From positions 1 through 47,396 of the forward strand of contig JASHQW010000132.1 in the NCBI GenBank assembly GCA_030038875.1: 47,396 bases of DNA, given 5' to 3'. A program made the position numbers and the translations under genes. The notes under the pieces were generated by a model that did not search any database, was not told the DNA's origin, and saw only the letters and a program-made list of their open reading frames with translations. The DNA comes from Gammaproteobacteria bacterium. Lineage in GTDB: Bacteria; Pseudomonadota; Gammaproteobacteria; Steroidobacterales; Steroidobacteraceae. Of the stretch, positions 9,440-16,907 are shown in pieces; position 1 is the stretch's first letter; the number at the start of each line of letters is the position of its first letter.

Positions 9440-9691
9440 ATGCTCCCGTGGAATTCCGTCGAGCGGCTGCGCGATCACTTCGGCGATTACGTGATCGTCG
9501 TGACCTGCCGCCACTGCCGGCATTCACGCGAGCTGATGCCGGCATTCCTTGCGCGTCACTGCCGCGCCGGTTGGGACGAGCCGGTCGCTAAGATCATCGC
9601 GCGCTTCCGTTGCCGCTGCGGCAAGAAGCTCGTCGAGGTGCATGTGGGCTTCAACAGGAAGCCGCGCGGCTGGGTGAAAAACCCCTCGTGA
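9440..9691 (+). CDS. Small Cys-rich hypothetical protein (CxxC...CxC, zinc-ribbon-like)
   Basis: Part of ORF 9404..9691; ATG at 9440 gives 83 aa. Sequence VTCRHCRHS...RFRCRCGKK. Divergent from the SRAP gene. No family recognised with certainty. Confidence 0.5.
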   Translation: MLPWNSVERLRDHFGDYVIVVTCRHCRHSRELMPAFLARHCRAGWDEPVAKIIARFRCRCGKKLVEVHVGFNRKPRGWVKNPS

Positions 9692-9694
9692 GCG

Positions 9695-10831
9695 TTAATG
9701 CGGAGCGGCGGCGGCAGCAGCAGCCGCGGGCGGCGGCCCGTGAGCCGCACCGGCTGGCGCGGGCGGTTCACCGGCCCCTGCGTTTGCGGCGGGCCCCCAG
9801 AAATCCCGCTCGATGATCCGGTACAGCGCCGCCGTGAAGCGCTCCCCCGAATCGCGCGTCATGTGCGACCACTCGGGAAGATAGTAGCCCTGCAGGTCGG
9901 GGCGCAGCTCCGGGTAATCCTCGAAGTGGATTCCCGGGGCGCCGGTCGCCGTCAGCAGCGCGCTCCAGCTGCGTGCGCGCGGGAACTCGCCATTCTCGTA
10001 GGCCAGATACGCGCCGGTGCTCGGCATGCGCACGAGCAGCACCCCGACCCCGCGCGCGCGCAGCCTGGCGACCGCCTTGGCGGCACGGTCGATCTGTTCC
10101 TTCTCGGTTTTCAGCGCCTCCTCCGGCGTCGGGTCATCGGGCGAGGGCTCGAAGTCCTGCGCCCAGACGCGTCGGGCGAGCGCCCGATAATCCCCATCCG
10201 TCGCGACCTTGCTCCACAGGTGAGTGTTGCGGTCTGGCTCGGTCTCCGAAAGCTTGCGCACCCGCAGGAACCATTTCTTGCCCGGCCGTTCCGGCCATGG
10301 CTGTCGGGCGAGCACCGTCTGCAGCGCGAAGTCCGGGTCGTTGAAGGCGAAGTACGGCTCGATGAAGCGCATCGACAGCCACTGGCCGATGCGCTGCGAG
10401 GGCGACTCTTTTTTCGCGTAGCGCGGCGCGCCCGTGTGCAGTCCGAACCCCGAGAAGAACAGATCGGGTGCGATGCCGAGCAGTACGCGGCCCGTGAAGC
10501 GGGGATCGTCCGCGAGGTCCTCGAGGGCGACAAGGGGCGAGGTCCCCTCGAACGACAGTTGAATCGGGCGGTGGCCGTCGAGCCGCTCCCACACCGGAAG
10601 CTGTATGTCAAAATACAGCCGCGACGACCCGAGCAGCACCGTGGCCGCGCCCTCGCCTGCATCGATGCGCCGGCGCTGAATCGCCCACAGCCCCTCAGTG
10701 TTGGCGACTGCCGGATGGACCCCATATGCGCGCCAGTACACCTCCCAGCCGCCGAGCAGGAGGGCGAAGATGATGAGCGAGCCGAGGAAGATCCGGCCCC
10801 AGGGCTGCTCCGGCACCGGACGCACCGGCAC
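9695..10831 (-). CDS. Membrane-anchored DltD/AlgX-like (SGNH-like) putative acyltransferase partner of the upstream MBOAT
   Basis: ORF 9695..11029. The first canonical starts after the MBOAT stop are GTGs at 10831, 10825 and 10816. TM anchor IFLGSLIIFALLLGGW. LLGSSRLY (DltD-like GSS nucleophile region) and EWSHMTRDSGERF (D/H block). Ala/Pro tail. Start and family assignment are uncertain. Confidence 0.55.
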   Translation of the reverse strand: MPVRPVPEQPWGRIFLGSLIIFALLLGGWEVYWRAYGVHPAVANTEGLWAIQRRRIDAGEGAATVLLGSSRLYFDIQLPVWERLDGHRPIQLSFEGTSPLVALEDLADDPRFTGRVLLGIAPDLFFSGFGLHTGAPRYAKKESPSQRIGQWLSMRFIEPYFAFNDPDFALQTVLARQPWPERPGKKWFLRVRKLSETEPDRNTHLWSKVATDGDYRALARRVWAQDFEPSPDDPTPEEALKTEKEQIDRAAKAVARLRARGVGVLLVRMPSTGAYLAYENGEFPRARSWSALLTATGAPGIHFEDYPELRPDLQGYYLPEWSHMTRDSGERFTAALYRIIERDFWGPAANAGAGEPPAPAGAAHGPPPAAAAAAAAPH

Positions 10832-10928
10832 CGGCTGCGCAATCCCGGGCCGATCGGCTGCCGTCTGGCGCGCGTAGCGATCCGGCGTGCCCTGGCGCGC
10901 GTAACCGCGCGTGAGCGCAAGCGCGCTG

Positions 10929-12344
10929 TCAGAACTGGAAGTAGATGAAGGCACTGCCGGCCCCCTGAGCGGCGACGATCGCGAACAGCAGCAGCGCCCA
11001 CACGCCGCACACCACCGCAGCCGGCGCACTTGCGATCACGGATTCCAGGGTGCGCGCGCGCATCAACCAGTGCGTAACCAAGATGCCCCCGACGATCACC
11101 GCGACGGTGAGCAGGCTGAAGGTTGGCAGGATCGGCTTGGCGGCGCCGTTCAGCCCGAGCATGCCGCACAGCACGATCCAGGCCTTCTCGAAGGTCTTGG
11201 CACGGAAGAACACCCAGGTGAGGTTCACGAGCGCATAGGTGAGGAGCCCGAGCGCCACGAACACGAGGGACCCGGGGCGATAGTTGGCAAAGCGCACTCG
11301 CAAAGCGCGCTCGGCCGCGAGATATACGCCGTGCAGCCCACCCCAGGCGACGAAGGTCCAGTTGGCGCCGTGCCACAGTCCGCCGAGCAGCATGGTCGTC
11401 ATGAGCGCGGCATAGGTGCGGCGCGCGCCGTGGCGATTGCCGCCGAGCGGGATGTAGAGGTAGTCGCGCAGCCACGAGGACAGCGTGATGTGCCAGCGCC
11501 GCCAGAAGTCCGAGAAGCCGACCGCTGCATATGGAAAGCGAAAGTTGTCGGGCATGGCGAAGCCGAGGCAGAGCGCCGCACCGATCGCCGTGGTCGAATA
11601 GCCGGCGAAGTCGCAGAAGATCTGGCCGCTGAAGGCGAGCGTGCCCGCCCACGCATCCAGGGTCCCCGGGATCCTGTCACCGTCGTAGATGCGCTCGGCG
11701 ACGTTGGCGAGGAAGCTGTCGGCGAGCACGATCTTGTTGAAGAGTCCGATCGTCATCAGCGCGAGCCCAAAGCGCAGCTGCTCGCCCGTGGCCCGGCGCG
11801 GCGTCTCGAACTGCGGCACCAGCTCGGTCGGACGCATGATGGGCCCCGCGACGAGATGCGGAAAGAAGGTCACGAACAGCGCGTAGTCGAGCATGTTGTG
11901 CGCCGGCAGTGCGCGCCGCAGGTACACGTCCAGCGTGTAGGACATCGTGGCAAAGGTATAGAAGGAGATGCCGACCGGCAGCACGATGTCGTAGTGCGCC
12001 GGGTGGTAGGCGATGCCGAGGGCGGACATCACGGCGGTGAAGTTATCGAGCAGGAACTGGCCGTACTTGAAGTAGCCGAGCATGCCGAGGTTGGCGATCA
12101 CCGAGAGCAGCATCCATGCGTGGCGCGCAGCCTGGCGGCGTGCCTTGACGAGCCCCTGCGCTGCGTACCAGTCGACGACCGTCGACACCCACAGGAGGAT
12201 CACGAACGGCGGATTCCACGCCGAATAGAACACATAACTGGCGATCAGCAGGTTGACCTTCTTCGTGGTCCAGCTGAACGGCAGCGAGTGCATGAGCAGC
12301 ACGCACGCGAAGAACACGATGAACGTGAGAGAGTTGAAGACCAT
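10929..12344 (-). CDS. MBOAT family O-acyltransferase (AlgI/DltB-like)
   Basis: Start trimmed to MVFNSLTFIVFF (CAT at 12342-12344). Multi-TM protein with the invariant-His region FWRRWHITLSSWLRDYLYIPLGGNR. Confidence 0.9.
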   Translation of the reverse strand: MVFNSLTFIVFFACVLLMHSLPFSWTTKKVNLLIASYVFYSAWNPPFVILLWVSTVVDWYAAQGLVKARRQAARHAWMLLSVIANLGMLGYFKYGQFLLDNFTAVMSALGIAYHPAHYDIVLPVGISFYTFATMSYTLDVYLRRALPAHNMLDYALFVTFFPHLVAGPIMRPTELVPQFETPRRATGEQLRFGLALMTIGLFNKIVLADSFLANVAERIYDGDRIPGTLDAWAGTLAFSGQIFCDFAGYSTTAIGAALCLGFAMPDNFRFPYAAVGFSDFWRRWHITLSSWLRDYLYIPLGGNRHGARRTYAALMTTMLLGGLWHGANWTFVAWGGLHGVYLAAERALRVRFANYRPGSLVFVALGLLTYALVNLTWVFFRAKTFEKAWIVLCGMLGLNGAAKPILPTFSLLTVAVIVGGILVTHWLMRARTLESVIASAPAAVVCGVWALLLFAIVAAQGAGSAFIYFQF

Positions 12345-12488
12345 AGAATTGCGGCCCGCTTGGCTTGCGCGGGTCTTGACGTTCTTCGGCTTGACCCCCG
12401 GGGCGCCCTGACGGCGCGCGAGGATCATGCCTCAGCCGGGCGAAGCGGCGCAACGGTCCGCACGCCACGCCCGGCGACAAGCCCGGAG

Positions 12489-12968
12489 CTAAGTCGCCGC
12501 GGCGGACGCGGAGGCCTTCATCGACGCCACCCGCCGCTCGATCTCCTCCGGCGGCACGTCCTCGACGTGCGTGGCGATGGTCCAGACATGGCCGAAGGGA
12601 TCCTCGAGCGTCCCCGAGCGGTCGCCGTAGAACTGGTTCGCGAGCGGCCGCAGCGACTTGGCGCCCGCCTTGAGCGCGCGCGCAAACACCGTATCGACGC
12701 TCTCGAGGTAGATCATCAGCCCGACGGTCGAGCCGCCGAGGGAGCGCGGGCCGCAGCAGGTAGTGCCCGGATGCGTGTCCGCGAGCATCACGACGGAGTC
12801 GCCGATCCTGATCTCGGCGTGACCCACGCGACCCTTGTCGTCGGTCATGCGAAACAGCTCGGTCGCGCCGAAGGCCTCCTGGTAGAACGCGATTGCGCCG
12901 GCGGCGCCGTCCATCATGAGGTATGGAGTCACGCTGTGATATCCGTCCGGAATTGCCTTGGTTGTCAT
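12489..12968 (-). CDS. VOC family protein (PhnB-like glyoxalase fold)
   Basis: Start MTTKAIPDGYHSVTPYL (CAT at 12966-12968). Also HAEIRIGDSVVMLAD and QFYGDRSGTLEDPFGHVWTIATH. Confidence 0.85.
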   Translation of the reverse strand: MTTKAIPDGYHSVTPYLMMDGAAGAIAFYQEAFGATELFRMTDDKGRVGHAEIRIGDSVVMLADTHPGTTCCGPRSLGGSTVGLMIYLESVDTVFARALKAGAKSLRPLANQFYGDRSGTLEDPFGHVWTIATHVEDVPPEEIERRVASMKASASAAAT

Positions 12969-13025
12969 GGCTGCGGGTCTCCCGTCTGAGCTACGCAGGA
13001 AGCTTACTCCCGCGAGCATGGCGGG

Positions 13026-14423
13026 TTAAGGCGGAGGCTTCCGGTACCGGATGCGATAGACGAGCACGAGGCACGCGAGGAACGGGACGCCAAACACCAG
13101 CGTGAGCCGAAACGCCCTCGTGAACAGCGTGGTAACCAGCACCGCCGCCATGAGGGCCGCCCCGAGGAGCGTGGTGTAGGGAAAGCCGATCATGCGAAAT
13201 CGCGGCGGCGGCGCGCCGCTGCGCTCGCGCGCGCGGCGGAAGTAATAGTGCGTGATGAAGATCATCATCCAGGTGAACAGGGCGCCGAAGGACGAGATCG
13301 CCACCATGAGGATGAAGGAGCTCTGCGGCGCAATCACGCTGAGCGCGGTGGCGAGCGCGATGCCGAGACTCGAGAGCAGCAGCGAATTGAGCGGCACGCC
13401 GCGGGCATTCAGTGCGCCGAAACGCCGCGGGGCATGGCCGGCGCGCGCCAGGCTGAACATCATGCGCGTCGTAATGTAGAGCTGGCTGTTCATGGCCGAG
13501 AGCGCGGCGATCAGGATCACGAAGTTGAGAATGCCGGCGGCCGCGGGCACGCCGAGCGCGCGCATCACTTTGACGAAGGGGCTTTCCTCGATGCCGGCCG
13601 CCGTCCACGGCACGATCGCCAGCACCAGTGCGAGCGTCAGCAGGTAGAAGAGCACCAGCCGCGCGACCGTCGAGCGGAACGCGCGCACCGCCGCGACTTC
13701 GGGGTGGGCGGCCTCCCCGGCCGCGACCGCGATCATCTCGATGCTGAGGTAGCTGAAGATCGCCATGATCACCGCCACCCAGGCGCCCCACAGGCCGTAA
13801 GGAAAGGGGCCGCCCTGCAGGAGATAGTTATGAAAGCCGACCCCTGCGGCACTGCCGGCGGCCGCCGGCGCCCGCAGCAGCATGTAGCCCGCCAGCGCGA
13901 TGAACAGCACGATGGCCGCCACCTTGATGGCGGAGAACCAGTACTCGACGGCGCCGAAGACGTTGACGCTGAGCGCGTTCACCGTAACGAGCAGCGCCGA
14001 GAATCCCACGATCCACAGCCATCCGGGCGGCGCGGGAAACCAGAAGTGCATGTAGACCGCCACCGCCGTCACTTCGGTGCCGACCGCGAGCACGATGCAG
14101 GTCCAGTAGGCGTAGCGCACCAGGAAGCCGGCCAGCGGCCCGACGTAGTACTCCGCGTAGGCGCCGAACGAGCCCGAGGTGGGGTGCGCAACGGTCATCT
14201 CCGCCAGACATCCCATGAGCAGCAGCGCGATCAAGGCGCCGATCGCGTAACTCAACAGCACCGCAGGCCCCGCCAGGCTGATGGCGAAGCCGCTGCCGAG
14301 GAAGAGTCCCGTGCCGATCGCGCCGCCGATGGCAATCATGGCGATGCGGCGCGCGCTTAACGTGCGCTTGAGGCCGCGCTCGCGTTCGATGATGCGGCTG
14401 AAGTCGTTGTTGTGATCGCGCAT
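13026..14423 (-). CDS. Amino acid permease (APC superfamily)
   Basis: Start MRDHNNDF (CAT at 14421-14423). Signature IAMIAIGGAIGTGLFLGSG and about 12 predicted TM segments. The 112 codons upstream in the ORF track are Arg/Gly-rich and look non-coding. Confidence 0.9.
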   Translation of the reverse strand: MRDHNNDFSRIIERERGLKRTLSARRIAMIAIGGAIGTGLFLGSGFAISLAGPAVLLSYAIGALIALLLMGCLAEMTVAHPTSGSFGAYAEYYVGPLAGFLVRYAYWTCIVLAVGTEVTAVAVYMHFWFPAPPGWLWIVGFSALLVTVNALSVNVFGAVEYWFSAIKVAAIVLFIALAGYMLLRAPAAAGSAAGVGFHNYLLQGGPFPYGLWGAWVAVIMAIFSYLSIEMIAVAAGEAAHPEVAAVRAFRSTVARLVLFYLLTLALVLAIVPWTAAGIEESPFVKVMRALGVPAAAGILNFVILIAALSAMNSQLYITTRMMFSLARAGHAPRRFGALNARGVPLNSLLLSSLGIALATALSVIAPQSSFILMVAISSFGALFTWMMIFITHYYFRRARERSGAPPPRFRMIGFPYTTLLGAALMAAVLVTTLFTRAFRLTLVFGVPFLACLVLVYRIRYRKPPP

Positions 14424-14452
14424 CGTGCCCGGTAGCGCTCCGTCCGGCACCG

Positions 14453-16240
14453 TCAGTAGTTCGCGGCCGCGCGCACCTCGCTCGCCGGCCGGTCGAGGTC
14501 GGCGAGCAGCTCGGGCCCCACGATCGCCAACGGCGTCGTGCCGTAGGACAGCAGCCGGTCGTGGAAGTCGTGGAGCGACGCGTCGGCGCCCTTGCGCCGC
14601 AGATACTCGGCCAGCAGATTCTCGATCTGCAGCCTCCCGACCGAATACGCGATCACGTAGCCGGGACGGGTAGCGATCCCGGCGACCGCAGCCTCGGCCT
14701 GCTCCCGGGTGAAGCCGGTCTCGGCAGCGAAGAACTCCGCGGCGTGCTCGTAGGTCCACTCGCCGCTCGCCAGCTTGGGATCGACGACCGCACGCGCGCC
14801 GCGCACCCGCTCCCAGCGCGCGACGGCGAGGCGGGCGTCGAGATCGTCGCCGTAGAGCCCGAGCCGCACGAACATCTCCTCGCCGTAGAAGGCCCAGCCT
14901 TCGGCGAATACGCCGCTGAACTGGATGCGCCGTACGAAGTCAGGATGGCGCTTGGCGATCGACAGCTGCATGAAATGTCCGGGCAAGGCTTCGTGCGCCG
15001 CGGTGGAGAGAATGCGGTCGCGATCGAAGTCCTCGTTCATGTCGAGCCGTGCGGCCGCCTCCGCCAGCGACTTCGGCGGGGTGATGTAGTAGTAGCCGGT
15101 GGTCGACAACGAGAACAACCGCGGCGGATTCATCGATGCGCCGGGCGAGACCGGCTGCAGGAACGCCGGCGTCTCCACGATCTCCATGGTGCCGAGCCAG
15201 GCGGGGATCGTGACGATGCCCTGCTCGGTCACGAATTTTCGCAGCTGTGAGATGCAGTCGCGGTAGTAATCAATCAGGGCCGCGCCGCCCGGCGCGAGGC
15301 CGCCGCCGCTCGGCGCACCGAGCGCCACGCCGCGCTGCTGCGCCACCTGGCGCAACCAGGCCTCCTCCGCCCAGCCGTGGGCGAGCTCGTCCTGCGCGAT
15401 ACGCTCGACGTCGCTCGAGTCGTAGGGCAACAGCTGCTCCTCCTTCAGCATGCGATCATAGAGGGTGCGGTCCATGGCGTAGTTCTCCGGCCACGAGGCC
15501 ACGTGTGCCTCGATGTACTGCCGGGTGCGCGCGATCGCGGCGAGTGCGACGTCGCGCGAGCGCAGGAACGCCGTGTACTCCTTGGAGTGGGCTCCAAGCT
15601 GGGCGGCCGCGGCCTGCGTGAGCGCGCCCTTGAGAAAATCCGGCGCGCCGGCGAGCTCCCTGGCGCCGACGACGCCATAGAGGTGGCCCGGCGTGGTCGC
15701 GAGCCGCTCGGAGGCCGCGATGTAGGCCGGCGCACCCGCGAGACGCCGGGCGATGTCCGCCCAGGCACGCTTCAGGTCAGCTGCGGTGGCCCCCTCCTGG
15801 CCGACGACCGGCAGATGCTCGAACTGCACGAACACCACTCTGACAATGCTGTTGGCGCCGTCCGCATAGTCCTTGCGCTCCCTCTGGTAGACCAGCCAGT
15901 CGTTGAGGCGCGCGGCGAGGTCGGCGCGCAGCAGCGCGGCATCATCACGGTCCACGAGCGAGGTGTGGGCGTCGAACGCCGCAACGATCGCCCCGAGGCG
16001 GCTCTGCCAACTCCTGAGACGCTGCACCTGGGCGGCGCGAAACGCCTCGCTGGGCGCGTGCAGCTCGCCGTCGCGGCCGGGGATACCGAGGAAGGTCGCC
16101 GTCATGGGGAATACGGCGGCGGTGGTGTAGGTGATGTCCTGTGCCAGGCTCACCAGTTCCTCGTGCGGCGTCTGCGCCTGCGCCGTGGCGACGGCGAGCG
16201 CCGCCGTCGCGGTCAACCCGAGAAGGCGTGCTGCGTTCAT
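14453..16240 (-). CDS. DUF885 family protein (secreted, metallopeptidase-like)
   Basis: Signal peptide MNAARLLGLTATAALAVATAQA. DUF885-typical AAHEALPGHFMQ motif. Confidence 0.85.
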   Translation of the reverse strand: MNAARLLGLTATAALAVATAQAQTPHEELVSLAQDITYTTAAVFPMTATFLGIPGRDGELHAPSEAFRAAQVQRLRSWQSRLGAIVAAFDAHTSLVDRDDAALLRADLAARLNDWLVYQRERKDYADGANSIVRVVFVQFEHLPVVGQEGATAADLKRAWADIARRLAGAPAYIAASERLATTPGHLYGVVGARELAGAPDFLKGALTQAAAAQLGAHSKEYTAFLRSRDVALAAIARTRQYIEAHVASWPENYAMDRTLYDRMLKEEQLLPYDSSDVERIAQDELAHGWAEEAWLRQVAQQRGVALGAPSGGGLAPGGAALIDYYRDCISQLRKFVTEQGIVTIPAWLGTMEIVETPAFLQPVSPGASMNPPRLFSLSTTGYYYITPPKSLAEAAARLDMNEDFDRDRILSTAAHEALPGHFMQLSIAKRHPDFVRRIQFSGVFAEGWAFYGEEMFVRLGLYGDDLDARLAVARWERVRGARAVVDPKLASGEWTYEHAAEFFAAETGFTREQAEAAVAGIATRPGYVIAYSVGRLQIENLLAEYLRRKGADASLHDFHDRLLSYGTTPLAIVGPELLADLDRPASEVRAAANY

Positions 16241-16376
16241 GGGCTCCCTGTCGGCGCGCCGGCAGCGCGCAATGCGTGGCGCCGATTATGTTGCGAATGC
16301 GGTTCATGATCCAGTCAGAATTCCAACATCATAATTTTCCGCGACCGCTCCCCAACCAATCTCAGGAGGAACTCCA

Positions 16377-16835
16377 GTGAAATTGAAATCCGCGTCGATG
16401 CTGTCCGGTCTGCTGCTGCTCGCGCTGCCCCTGGCCGCGAACGCCGACCTGCCCGGCAAGCACCCCTACTATCTGCACGCGCTCAGCGATCTGCGCACCG
16501 CGCGCTGGATGCTCGAGCACCGTCCCGGCGATGCGGCGGTGAGCGGGCAGGAGGATGTCGCGATCACCGAGGTCGACAAGACGATCGGAGAGATCAGGAA
16601 GGCGGCGATCGATGACGGCAAGGATATCCACGACCATCCGCAGGTCGACGTGCCCGCCGATCATCCCGGGCGCCTGCACAAGTCGCTCGAGCTGCTGCGC
16701 AAGGTCCACTCGGACATCGACCGCGAGGAAGACGATCCGATGACCAGGGGCCTCAAGGATCGCGCCATCCACCATCTGGATGAGGCGATTCGCGCCAACG
16801 AGCAGGCGCTCAGGGACGTCGAGAAGGGCCGCTGA
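16377..16835 (+). CDS. Secreted hypothetical protein
   Basis: GTG start 8 nt after AGGAGG. Signal peptide MKLKSASMLSGLLLLALPLAANA. Charged helical mature part. No family recognised. Confidence 0.65.
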   Translation: MKLKSASMLSGLLLLALPLAANADLPGKHPYYLHALSDLRTARWMLEHRPGDAAVSGQEDVAITEVDKTIGEIRKAAIDDGKDIHDHPQVDVPADHPGRLHKSLELLRKVHSDIDREEDDPMTRGLKDRAIHHLDEAIRANEQALRDVEKGR

Positions 16836-16854
16836 GGTTCGGCATGCAAGCCGG

Positions 16855-16880
16855 TGCGCGCCCGCGCAAGCGGGCGCGCA
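16855..16880. terminator. Bidirectional hairpin between convergent genes
   Basis: TGCGCGCCCGC-GCAA-GCGGGCGCGCA: an 11-bp perfect stem with a GNRA-type tetraloop, 20 nt after the + gene stop and 28 nt after the - gene stop. Confidence 0.55.
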
Positions 16881-16907
16881 TCCCTTGGCGAAGCGCCGCG
16901 CGCGCCT

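Noticed and set aside
13026-14759. Long N-terminal extensions in the ORF track. Examples: 112 extra codons on the permease, 48 on the PEP-mutase protein, 139 or more on GH17, 28 on MBOAT, 66 on its partner, 43 on the spermidine-synthase-like protein, and 37 on the 69-aa protein.
   Set aside because: The extensions are Arg/Gly-rich and overlap neighbouring genes. Internal starts give canonical N-termini, signal peptides or ribosome-binding sites.
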